Source: Marsupella aquatica
Taxonomy: Eukaryota; Plantae; Marchantiophyta
Direction of reading: 5' to 3'
NCBI GenBank assembly: GCA_973895155.1
Contig: OZ316898.1
Location: forward strand, 8,977,079-9,041,078
Length of the DNA stretch: 64,000 nt
A program made the position numbers and the translations under genes. Below are positions 24,311 through 36,671 of this stretch, piece by piece (within the stretch, counting starts at the first letter, position 1; every line of letters begins with the position of its first letter). Under the pieces are notes generated by a model that was not told the origin of the DNA, did no database searches, and worked only from the letters and a program-made list of their open reading frames with translations.

Positions 24311-27300
24311 TACATGCAACATCGCTAGGGAATTTTGATACTTGTAACATTGCTCATGATTGCACCGTTCATAAATTGTTGGCAAGTTAAAAGTTTGTGG
24401 ACATGTGTTGAGTGCAAATAGGTGGAGTAGTGTCCATGTTTATTGTGGCATTAAGGTCAGTGTAGGATTGTAATGTTAAAGTTTTTGAATGGTTGGCAAT
24501 TGAACGGCCAAATTGCGCAAATGGCATCCATTGTTGTGGTTTTTGGCAATTATCTCTGCTCCTAGGATTGCTCAAAGAGCTTGCAAGGGAATTCCTGACT
24601 TTTTTTTAATTTTTTCAGTAACATTCAGGAGGAGGCTTTCATTGTTTGAAATGGTGGAAGTGTTGTATTCAAGTTATAAGTGCTTGAGATACATCCACCG
24701 ACAGTGGACTGAACTGAACTCTCATTGCAAATCATTTCATTGTGAGAAATAACAAAATGAATTTTAAATTGAATCTCCATCATCACGACAATCAAGCGAT
24801 CAATGCGATACATGATTCACAATATCAAAACATTCAACATAAATTCTCCCACAAGAATCATAGAGACTCTGCACACAAATTATTCCACACAATCACATTG
24901 TTGGAACTTGTGGCATTATGGTGAGCAATATATCAGCACATACACTTGTTTCAGATAGAATTCTTAATGTCAATGATTGCCTTGAAATATCCTCTAAATT
25001 TAAAGTGTGTAGTGACACTACTCAGGCCTATTTGTTCTCTTTCCTTACATGGTAGGAACCAAGCTCAGCAATGGTGAGTTCAGCATTGTTATGTTGGCAT
25101 GCATGTAACATAGAGATTTAGGATTAACTGATTGACCCTATCAACCTTGAACCAAAGAGATGGAAATGCAGAATTTGGATACAGAGCATCAGGTGACATT
25201 CAGAGTGATTCCACAATACCATTTCGTGACAAGAATGGAAAGAAAACAGAAACAAAGGGAAGGAAAAGAACAAAACTGCACGGGAGAGACTGACTAATGG
25301 CTGACTGCATAATCTCTCTCAGGGTTAATTCACAATTATCAGTCAGCCAAGGCACATCTCTTAAGAACAGTGATCAGCAGAAGCTTCCATGGCCTGCTAT
25401 TGCAAAACTCAAGAGTGGTTCCATGTCCTATAAGCCTGGGAATATACTTTTCCCAAAGGTCTTGCAGTTGATGGTAGACAATTGTTTTGTGTTCTAAAAC
25501 CTTGCATGATTGAAACCTGCACGTGCGACTTTAATGGCTACCTTACGGCCATCTAATTCTCCAAGAAAAATCTGTTTACTCCATCTTATGGCATGGGGGT
25601 TTATGGCCATATGCAAATCCTATGCTAGAATATGTTGTTTCAAACTCTTGAGGGAATAAGGGGAAGCTTGTTTTCACGGACTTGCATTCCCTATGAGACG
25701 ATCTTCAGATGGCCTCTTATGTCCTTCACGAGGTGGTAGTCTTTTCTCCGGGGGGGGTGACTATCAAAAATCTTAGGAACTATCTTTTACTATCAAAAAT
25801 ACCCATTTTTGGTTCTTTTGCGTAGGAGGCAAAAGAAGGTATGATAAACTCATGTTTATAGAATATTCTCTAATATATACCTTTTATAAAGTAACATAGG
25901 TTGTTAATATTGAAATGGAGAATATTTTTGGAATATTTTCTTTATAAAATAGGTCTATTTATATTAGGCTAGGATCGCACGTTGTACCCCAAAACATACA
26001 CTTAGTTAATCCTCTGATGGTCCTTTAATTTGCTCTGATCAGTCTCCTTGTGGCCTCGTAGTAGATAGACATTGTTGGCTTCCAACTCAAATTTATAATC
26101 CCTACGTGTATCTGCCTTAGTTTGCTAATTGCAGCATGTATTACATTGTCGCAATCAGAGGAGGCTTTTCTGAATTCCAGACTATGGCATCCAAAATTTC
26201 TAGCGAATCGTGGAGCGCCTGATTGCCCTCTATCGTGTGTATGAAACATCAAAATTGGTTAACACAACATAAGCTATATTGTATTGATACCAAATACTTG
26301 ATGAGTTGTCTTAACAAAGCCAACCTGTCCTTCATAGGAACCTCTCTTTGTTCCTGCAAATCTGCTCTAACACATAGATCTAGAAGATTAGCAGGTAAAT
26401 GTTGTTGTGAATCTCTAAAGACCAGGAGACTTACGTTCCAGAACAAGGAAGGTTTTTGAACCTTTGCTCACCCTGATATCACGCACTATGCGACTCGCAA
26501 CTTTGTCTAGGGTTTCGTCGGTATGAAGACCAGAGTGTCGTGATCCAGAGATTCTACCTGAATGTTTGGTACTACGAAAACAACCCTTGAAGGGATCATA
26601 TCAAAGTAAACCTACAAGGAAATCATTGACTAAACAAACCACATCCCGATGGGAGTGCACTGTGATACCCGCCAGAGAAGCAAACTCACGGGAGGGTCTG
26701 CGTTTGGGCAACGACTCTGTTTCAAACTTCTCCATATTGTCTGTTGTTGCTTTTCTGAAACCCTCCCACTTCTTGATTTCCTTCTATTGGTAGCCAAAAT
26801 TAGTGGATGTGAAATAGCCGATCAAATGTAGCACCGTTCAATGGAAGTGCTTGCTTGACCCACTTTGGCCAGGGAAGTCATTCCACTCCCAATTCATCTC
26901 GCTCTGCTTTCACTTGGTTCCAGGCATTTACTAGCGCTTGCACTAGATTTGATTTTGCTTCCAACAGTGCCTTTTTTTGCTCTTTCAAGACCAACCTGGC
27001 TGCGAGCACTCCTTTGTCCTTGATTTGGAGTTTGATTTCCTCGATCCTTTTATCCTAATTTTCTAGGTCGTCCCCAACATTTTCCATTTTATCCTTCTGC
27101 TTTCGAGCAAAAATGAGAACCTAGAAATTGGCTTTGCATCCCCTGCAAACTTTAGCCTACGGGTAACATGACCCCATACAAACGCATAGTAGGGAAAGGA
27201 AGAGCGAGGAGCAAGGATTGGTACTAGCATGTAGTAGGCTCAAAAGTTTATCTTCTCAGCAGGATGATGATGATAGGAACGACACCCTAGAGCTCATTGG

Positions 27301-28384
27301 CCGTAGTCATGCATAATCTCTCTCAGACTTAATTCACAAGTCTGTCATGATGATGAAACAACATGCTTGGACCCGAATCTGCTCGCAACTGCTGTCATCC
27401 CAGTCTCAGACGAGTAAGAAATGGAGAGATGACAATAAGGACACCCCAAAGCTCATCGACTATGGTCATGCATAATCTCTCTCAAAATTCCCAAACTGTG
27501 AAGTGATGAGCGAAGAGCTCGCCATTGGATCATTGTAATGTGCGAGCAAATAGTAAAATTTTTCCTAGCACAAGCAATTTTTTTCTCTTAAGGTGACCCT
27601 ATTTCTCCCCTTGCTTCGCTAGCCCAAACTCCAAACTAGTGTAATACATTCCACCTTTTCATGAACCTCAAAATACTAACAGAAAAGACATACGGGGAAA
27701 GAGGGCCCAAAAAAAAGGCCCTGGCTACTAGTACATCTTCCAAACCTCACTTGAACATTCTTCAGAAATGTTTCACAACCCCCCTCAAGACTATTGTCAT
27801 ACATCCTACCTAAAAATAGACTGATTTTTGTGGCTTCTCTTCGACCACCTCACCTACGTACCACCACATAATATCAAATCGGACACATACAACAGGCCAG
27901 CGAAATTGCTAGTCCAACGACACTCTTCCCTCCAGGGAGGAAAACTTGGTCCCAGGTACCGAATCCCAAATATTCTGACATGAGGCAAATGATTATGGAC
28001 CACTTACTGCAAACTTAATTAAAACACGCTAGCCACCAAATTCTCGTGATCAGGATCCGTGACAACTTTACTAAACCTTAATTGCTATTAGGCCCATTAG
28101 CATCCCAAAAGGCATTCATTCATATCTGTCAACGCAACGACCATCCTAATGGAAGGCCAACTCTACCTTATAACCGGGTTCTCGGGCTCCCACGATACAA
28201 TCTTCACAAGAAGAAAGTTCAGCTTGAACTAGAGCGAGATCCTCCTCTGCGCGTTGTTCTATCAGTTTTGCAGACCTTGTTCCTCCAGCCACTCATTCGT
28301 CAACTAGGACCTCTTCCTGCACTCTACTTTCGATCAAGTCATGTAAGATCCACTTTGCAGGCAATGGAACTCTGACCCTCATGA

Positions 28385-29209
28385 TGTGCCTCACACGTCC
28401 CCACCCATGTAGAGGTAAATAGTAGCCACTTTGGCTAATGTTTAAAAACAAGTAAAAATGGCTGGTGGAGAGGGAAAAGGCCAGGTGAGAGAGAGGAGTA
28501 AAGTTGGATAATGTTTCAAAAAACCAAAAGAAAAAAACTGGTGGGGAGAGAAAAGGCCAGGTCAGAGAGAGGAGTAAAGTTGCCAAGGAAACCCCAAGAG
28601 GAGTAAAAATGGCAATGGAACCAACCCCAATGGAACGAACCCCACCCCAATGGAACCAACCCCTAGCCTGTCGAGGCGCCTCACACTTCCCCACCCAACC
28701 CAACAGTTGTTAGGGCTCTTCTGGTGTCTGGTTTGGAGTACCAAAATAACTGGTGGAGAGGGAAAAGGCCAGGTGAGACAGAGGAGTAAAGTTGCCAAGG
28801 AAACCCCGGGAGGAGTAAAAATGGCAATGGAACCAACCCCAATGGAACGAACCCCACCCCAATGGAACCAACCCCGAGCCTCTCGAGGCGCCTCACACTT
28901 CCCCACCGAACCCAACAGTTGTTAGGGCTCTTCTGGTGTCCGGTGTCTCTGGTGTCTCTGGTGTCTGGTTTGGAGTACCAAAATAACTGGTGGAGAGGGA
29001 AAAGGCCAGGTGAGACAGAGGAGTAAAGTTGCCAAGGAAACCCCAGGAGGAGTAAAAATGGCAATGGAACCAACCCCCAATGGAACCAATCTACCCCAAT
29101 GGAACCAACCCCGACCCTCTCGAGGCGCCTCACACGTCCCCACCAAACCCAACAGTTGTTAGGGCTCTTCTGGTGTCTCTGGTGTCTCTGGTGTCTGGTT
29201 TGGAGTACC
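28385..29209. repeat. ~210-240-bp tandem repeat array (3 full units plus partials) abutting the VDAC promoter
   Basis: Units start ACTGGTGG(A/G)GAG near 28537, 28749 and 28988, with internal AATGGAAC(C/G)AACCCC and GGTGTCTCT subrepeats. The ORFs reported here are repeat artefacts. Confidence 0.9.
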
Positions 29210-30099
29210 GTAGCAGCAGCAGTGGCGCGACTCGAGCACCGTAGAGCGCGAGCGTACCATATGCGCCTCGACACGAAAGGAGCAGAACAACGAGGAGTGG
29301 TTTTGCGAACAAGCTCGTCCATTCTTCATCTTCGTTCTTCTTCCGTGGCGGAGAGAGCGAGAGAGCAAGAGAGAGAGAGAGCAAGTGAGAAGGAGGAGGT
29401 TTGTCGTTGGCTGCACGAATGGAGTAGCGAGTCGCTACGGTGTTCCAGTAGTAGATCATCCCTCGCTTCTGCGCGGACGGTGTCTGGTGAGTGAGTCGAG
29501 TCGATTTGACTTGCATCGTCGGAATCGGTTTTCTTGTCGTGCTTTGTGCGGTCGTCGGTGTCGTCGTGGTAGTCTCGTAGTTAGGCGAGAGCAGGAAGGT
29601 GTTTGGGGCGAGCGAAGAGAATAGAATAGAAGAGAAGAAAGTGAGGAGAAGAGAAGAGGGACAACCAGTTGTTGTCCGTGTGTCGGTTTTCTTGCTGTGC
29701 TTTTCGTCGGTCTGCATTGCTGCTGCTGAAATCGACGTTGTGTTGCTTTTTCGAGCTCTCTGGTCCTAGTTTGTTTCTCTCTTTGGTTTGTACGGCTCTT
29801 TCTGCATCTGTCTTCCGGCGTGCACTGCGCATCGTGTGTCCAAGCCGCCTGGTGACGCCTGATGTTCTGAGATTTGCTCTTCTTGAGCTGTTCTTGCGTC
29901 GTCTAGGGGCCGAAGGTGCTAGTTTTGTGTGTCGGCTTCTTGTGTACCGCTTTAAAGCGTCAACGTACACGTCTGTAATTTGGTTTTCGTTGTTTGCCTT
30001 GTTTTATTCTCTTTTTGATGTTTTTTGCACTCAATGTCGTGGCAGGTCGCGGCGATCTCACCATTTTGAATTTTTGAGGTCTAAATCTTTTGGATCGCC

Positions 30100-32942
30100 A
30101 TGGGCAAGGGACCGGGATTCTACTCGGATATCGGGAAGAAGACCAAAGGTACTTTACATCATGACCCTGACCGCGAGCCTATCTGTTCCTGAACTTGCTC
30201 GATGTCACATTGCAAGGCAGAGATAAATGCCGTAAATCTTTCGTGTTACAAGCATCCTTGCTGCCGATGACTACAGCTGTGGAAAGAGATCGTAGAATGG
30301 CTCATATGGATTTTGATTTGTTGAACAAGTGAGAATGACTGGAAGTAGGGTTTTCTTTAAAGAGGCACAATGGGCAGATTAGTAGGATCCTAAACTTCGG
30401 ACTTACCGGCTCGCCGCTATGGTCTTTTGTGAGTGTGTTGCGAAGCGTGTTTAACAGAGACTTAACGACCAATATGAAGCTATGTTGTGCGTTGTCCAAG
30501 GAGGTTTTAAAGTTTGTTACTACAGATCGTGGTCCGCGTTTTTAAAATTGAAGTTCAGTTTGGAAGTAATATCTCCTTTTGTCGGTGAACAAGAACGATA
30601 TCTTTTCTGTTTTTATAAATCACTGCCAGTTGCGAAGGTGTCCTTCCAGCTTACGGATCTTGTGGTAGCATTGGAACTTCCTAATCGGGTAGATTTATTG
30701 TGCACATATCTGCATTTCATCAAGTAGGTCTGTTGTTTGCAAAGATTTTGCAAGTAGGATAGCATCTGTGAGTTGTAGAGTCCAGTTTCAATAATTGTTG
30801 ACTTGTGGAATAGGTTACTGCACGTCGTTTCAGGGAGATGTTGGGCAACCTCGAAACCCTTTTACTGTTTTGGCTTTAGCTCACTTCTTGCGCCCACTCA
30901 AAGCACATCTGTGCGTTAATCGATCTAGTACTTTGTGAAATTCAAAATACCGTTTCTGCTATGGTTTGCACTTGCAAATTATTTCGTTCTTTTGCGTGTG
31001 GCTCAGATCTCATCAACAAGGATTACACCTATGACCAGAAGTTTACAGTCAGCACTGTGACCTCTGCTGGACTGGTACGTGCCTAAGTGCTTGGTTGTTT
31101 CTGATTTCTTGGCAGAGGATGAGATGCGAAGATAGATGAACAATCTGCTGTTTGTTAAATGGGTGAATTTCATGAGAGGAGGATAGTCGAGAAGTGACCA
31201 CTTAAATCTGAGTGGCTGGCTACGGTACTTCAATTAATCTGGTCTTCTGTAGACCGGCGACTGCGTGTTAGATTCATGAGCAGATGGTTATGAAGATGTC
31301 CGGAATCTTTGGAGAGACTGCCTAAGTATTTGCGATCAAGTGTCTTGGAACACAGGACTGACAGGGTAAAATGTAGTAGAACATAAAATGCACGTTTATT
31401 TGTCTATAACAACTGTTGTGGCGATCTGAAGGTGAACGGAAACTTACTTAAATATATTTGTACATGTGCAGAACTTTACCACCGCAGGAACCAAAAGGGG
31501 CGAGGGATTCGCAGCTGATATTACCACCAACTTCAAGCACGGCAATATTTCTGCGGATGTCAAAGTTGACACCAGATCAAATGTACGTCCTGGCTCTTTT
31601 AGAACATGTTGCGCTAGTTTGCTGGCCCTTTTAGAACATGTTGCGCTAGTTTGCTGAATTCATTATCGTCATGACTGGTGATGGTTGTCCTCGTTTTGTT
31701 CACTATCGTTACGACTGATGAGTTTTCCTACTTCTGTTTGTGATGGTTTTTTTCTGTGGTTCCCCGTACTTCAGTGTGCCTAGGACCGCAGGCTTCTTCA
31801 GACTTATGCTGAAATGAATTATGGTCTTCTTAGTGAGTTTATCGTCGTGACTACTTAACCCGGCCTTGATCGTCGGGTGATTGCTTTTCCAGATTTTGGC
31901 TACTGTGACAGTGGATGAATTCACCGCCGGTGCAAAGTCTATCTTCAGCTTCACCATCCCAGACCATAAGTCTGGCAAGGTAGTGTACTTTAGCAAATCA
32001 GATATTGTACTGGAATATTTGTTTGAAGTTGGATCAATGAGTGGCGGTTGCTTTCTCTTTCGTCTATGATTCTACGGGCGTAGATGGTAACGAAAATGTG
32101 ATGAAGTCTTCACCGCCACCGTTGAATATGTGCCTCTAGCCTCTTGCTGTGCTATTTGCATTCGATTAGGACATTTCCAGTGGAGGTCTGTTTCATCTTG
32201 GTCGCCACCCCTTGCGATGACTTGGAACTGATCTATCTATTCCTGCTGTGTTCAGGTTGAGGTGCAATACTCACATGAAAATGTGGGGATTACCAGCAGC
32301 ATAGGGCTGACCCCAAATCCACATGTGGATGTTACTGCAGTAATAGGAAGTGAAGGACTTGTCTTGGGTGGGGAGGTAGGGTATGATACAGCTTCTGGAC
32401 TCCTCACCAAGTACAATGCAGCAGTCGGCTTCACCAAGCCCGACTTCAGCACGGCAGTGCACCTGTATGATCCATAATCCATTCATCGTTGTGTGAAATG
32501 GTCGAACTTTTGTTTGTTATTTGTTGTACTTAGCCTTTGAAATCCGTGTTACAAGTCGTGGGATGTGTTGCAAATTTAGAACTTCGGATGGTTGGCGTTT
32601 GAACTATTTGGTGGGTCGTATCATGCCTCCTGCAGGATCGACAAGGGTGATGTTGTCAAGGCTTCTTATCTGCATCTTGTTAATCCGGGTTCACGGACAC
32701 AAATTGCAGCTGAGATTGCCCACAGGTTCTCAAAGAATGAGAACACCTTCACTGTGGGTGGTTTGTATGGTTTGGATCCTCTGACCACAATCAAGGGACG
32801 TCTGAACAACCATGGGAAGTTGGCCACTCTCCTCCAGCATGAATTTAGGCCCAAATCCTTGGTTACCATCTCGGGTGAGGTTGACACTAAGGCTCTAGAC
32901 AAGAGCGCAAAGATAGGTTTGGCGTTGGCACTGAAGCCTTAG
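30100..32942 (+). CDS. VDAC: Mitochondrial outer-membrane porin (VDAC), 6 coding exons
   Basis: Exons 30100-30148 (MGKGPGFYSDIGKKTK), 31007-31074, 31472-31582, 31893-31979, 32256-32464, 32636-32942 (...QHEFRPKSLVTISGEVDTKALDKSAKIGLALALKP). Probable 5'UTR intron ~29487/29491-30045. Confidence 0.96.
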
Positions 32943-33369
32943 ATGAGGGCTTCATGTCAACTGCCTTGCTGGGGTGACTGCTCTGTTTGAGCTATGGTGC
33001 GCGTGATTTTTGACCTGGAAGTTGCGAACACATCTTCCGTGGCTTTTTTTTCCCTTGGAGGAGGTCACAATACAAGAGAATAAGCATTAATTTATTCTGC
33101 ACAATTTTTATATAAAGAGATTTCTTTTGGCCGCATAACACGTACTTGCTCCCACGGAAAAAGGAGCTCTTTCCTTCCTTGAAGGTGGTGGGCCTGTCTA
33201 TAAATGCCAAGTTGTCTAGGATTCTGTGCGCTACTATCTAGAACTGAAATCTGCGATCCGGGAAGTATGGTTTGGCTGCTATTCGTTCCGTCTGCTCATA
33301 CCCAAGCCTTTTGTGTAGTGTCCAGAGAGGAAGTTGTGACATTCCTTGTTTCAAACCGTCCCATCCTCG

Positions 33370-34086
33370 GGATTGTGCTGAAGAAAACATTGTTAGGTTA
33401 AATTGCCTTTTAAAGTCTCAAGTGTTCCCACTAGGCTTTTCTTCCACAGTTCTGACATTCTTCGATGGGGACGAACGAGGAGGTATGTCCTGAGGAAAAC
33501 ATTGCTAGGCTAATTACCTCTTGAAGTTCTAAGTATTCCCCCTAGGTTTGTGAGTCTATAGCTCTGAAATCCTTCGATGGGGAGGAATGAGGAGGAGGTA
33601 TGTCCTGAGGAAAACATTGCTAGGTTAATTACCTCTTGAAGTTCTAAGTATTCCCCCTAGGTTTGTGAGTCTATAGCTCTGAAATCCTTCGCTGGGGAGG
33701 AATGAGGAGGAGGTATGTCCTGAGGAAAACATTGCTAGATTAATTGCCTCTTGAAGTTCTAAGTATTCCTCCTAGGCTTGTGCGTCTATAGCTCTGAAAT
33801 CCTTCGATGGGGAGGAATGAGGAGGAGGTATGTCCTGAGGAAAACATTGCTAGGTTAATTGCCTCTTGAAGTTCTAAGTATTCCTCCTAGGCTTGTGCGT
33901 CTATAGCTCTGAAATCCTTCGATGGGGAGGAATGAGGAGGTATCTTGCAGTGCAGATAATAGTCCCAGTTCAGCTGTGGCCAGTCTCCGATCGTTTCACC
34001 CATCAACGGAATGAGGAGGTATCTTGCAGTGCAGATAATAGTCCCAGTTCAGCTGTGGCCAGTCTCCGATCGTTTCACCCATCAAC
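33370..34086. repeat. 115-bp tandem array (4 units plus a degenerate one) followed by a 79-bp exact duplication
   Basis: AGGTATGTCCTGAGGAAAACATTGCTAG at 33481, 33596, 33711 and 33826. GGAATGAGGAGGTATCTTGCAG...CCCATCAAC at 33929-34007 and 34008-34086. Confidence 0.92.
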
Positions 34087-34593
34087 CATAAGCTTTCATG
34101 GGATTATCATAGACTTTTACGGCCCCAGGTGTGACCATGTATGTTTACATAAAACACAAAGGTTCTGCACTAGGAAAAGCCAATGATCACATGATACAAC
34201 TGGTACCATGTTTCTGGTTATCATGAAGGGGCGTGGGTAAACCTGGTAACTTGGCTACACCAGGTTATCAACCCCACAAACCTTGGCTAGCCTAAGGAAA
34301 GCCTTAGCCACAAATTGTGGCGAGCCTTAGGAGACCCTTGGAACACTTAACCATAACTGTTGCAACTTTTCCCTGACTTAGAATAAAATTTTCCCTGACT
34401 ATCAGAAATCTGATATGGTGATTGCTACATTTGGGGTGGTGCACCAAAATGAAAGAGAAGGGGTATATGTTATGAGTGATTGCTAAATCTGAGGTGTTGG
34501 CTAAATGAGAATGAAAACGATGCTATGAGATTTAGTTGATCATACATTTGGGATAGTGGCTAAAGGAGAGTGAATGAAATCAGATACATGATA

Positions 34594-34619
34594 TGAGGTG
34601 AGGTGAGGTGAGGTGAGGT
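34594..34619. repeat. (TGAGG)5 microsatellite
   Basis: Seen directly in the sequence. Confidence 0.8.
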
Positions 34620-34889
34620 TGTAACCTTTGGGGTGGGCCAATGTTGCCTTCCCCCACCTGCAGTTTATAATATGATTTCTGAATCGAGAGCGCATTCAAA
34701 AATTCTTTAAGTGGGTCCCATAATAAGATTTACAGGATGGACCACAAATCCTTAACTTTCAACCATGACCCACCTAATATTATCCTTTGCTTGGCCAGAC
34801 CAAGTTGTCAGGAGAAAATGTGCCCAAAATATGCTTCAAAGAGCACTCCCACCCTGTCCTTTGCACATTAAACAATGCTTCACAAGGGA

Positions 34890-35190
34890 GTCCTGTGCAT
34901 CTTTGTGAGGGTTTGAGGAACGTCCTGACCCATCCCGCCTCTCAAAATCACCAAAGATTGCCAGGTGAGGTGCCTGTGCATAGTGAGCTTCCCTGCCCAT
35001 CCTACCTCTCAAAATCACCAAAACTTGCCAGGTGAGGTACCTGTGCATCTTGGTGAAGGGTCTGACGAGCTTCTCCACCCATCCTACCTTTCAAAATCAC
35101 CAAGGACTGCCAGGTGAGGTGCCTGTGCATCTTGGTGAAGGGTCTGATGAGCTTCCCCCACCTATCCTACCTCGCAAAATCACCAAAAAT
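34890..35190. repeat. ~70-80-bp tandem repeat x4
   Basis: CCTGTGCAT...CCCATCCTACCT(C/T)TCAAAATCACCAA...TGCCAGGTGAGGT repeated. Confidence 0.85.
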
Positions 35191-36671
35191 TATCAGTTGC
35201 CAGAGTAGCTGCAGAGAACTTCAATCAAGTAGGGGTCTATCATGGTAGTTGATTGGTCGTGTGGGACTGCCAGTCTCAGAAATATCACAGTGCACAAAGG
35301 CAGAAAACTCTGAACGGGGAGACATGATCCCAAAGGCAAAGCAACCCAATGAAGGGGAGGAAAAGAGGGGAAAGGGCCCCAAGAGGGAAAATGCCTGGTC
35401 ACAAAGTTGGGTGCTCAGACCTGGGCATACTAAGGATTGGAAAACTGGACCCCTGCCGGTCCCACTATACCTCTATACTCGCTCCCAACCGGACCCAATA
35501 GTGGAGTGTGGGATTGCAGGGAAAGCCTAGCCGAGGGTGACTTATTAAGCCGCACTGGCTGGGGAAACAAGATTTTGGTTAACTGAGCCCTGCATAATGT
35601 AAAACCTAGAGCCTGGCCTGCTAGGAGCTCTCTCCTTCGTGCCAGAACTGCCTCCCTACCTCGTAAAAAAATGTACCCCAAAATAGAAAAGACAACATAG
35701 GGGAGAGGAGAGAAAAGGGAGTACATAACTTGTACCCATAAACTCTCCTCAACAATGACAACATTTTTGTAAAATGTGGGGATATGACCAAAACAACATC
35801 ATTTTTGCAACAACAACCACCTAGCCAAAATAACAACTCTTTTGCCAAAACCACACAGCGGCAATAACAACCCAGTTAAAAAGGACAATTGATTCCACAA
35901 TCACAACACAGCTCTAGTGACAATCCCGTCACAACAGAGTCGCAATGATAGATGTGCAACGCACATGCATGTGATCGGTCGCTCTATAATAAAGGAAGCT
36001 CTGTCGAGGCAAAAAGAAAATTGTCTACCAAACGTTGGTCCGGGTTGATGTGTGGACAAGGATGATTAAGAAGGTTGAACTTTCAAAGCTTTAAATCCTC
36101 GTGCCTACGCTCTTGGTTCCTATACAAGCTACGAATCGAGGGAATGACTGTGGAGGTGTGAAGTTTGGGCAGACATATGAAAGAACTGTGATTATTTGAC
36201 CACTTTCCTGTCAGGTTCTCGACAAATAACCTTAGAGCACTGAATCACAGGATCACATGGATCTTGCGTTTGGCAGCAGTATAGTTTTGAATCCTCTTCT
36301 GACCGCAAAGTTTCTAAATTCTATGTTCCCGCATACAAAATCTCAGACCTAGACTGAAGCCCCCGAGACTTCTGAATTCCTGATCATACGACCAGGAATG
36401 ATTGCCGGCCATTTGAAACAATCTGTGTGAGGCAATTCGTCTGTTGTTTGAGTTGACATCTATCTTTAAAGACATTTGAATTCCTGATCATTTGACCGAA
36501 CATGATTCCCGGCTATTTGAAACATCTATGTGAGGACGGACATCTCATGAAATGTACAATTTCTTGAATTCATGACCGAAATGTCTCTCTAGCAACCCAA
36601 TAAGTACAAGTTGAAGAGTCCCCCCTGTATAGAAGTATAATCAGAGATTTGCTGGGAAGAACAAAATCCAC

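Noticed and set aside
26649-26675. tRNA-iMet primer-binding site (GGTATCA on the minus strand)
   Set aside because: Only a 7-nt match, with no adjacent LTR end.
28293-29322. Several 70-210-aa ORFs
   Set aside because: They are translations of the tandem repeat in multiple frames and show no family motifs.
33370-34086. CRISPR-like array
   Set aside because: Whole units repeat with no unique spacers, there are no cas genes, and the context is eukaryotic.
35055-35160. Hammerhead ribozyme core (CTGACGAG / CTGATGAG in tandem repeats)
   Set aside because: No stem II followed by GAAA, and no matching NUH and stem III could be built.
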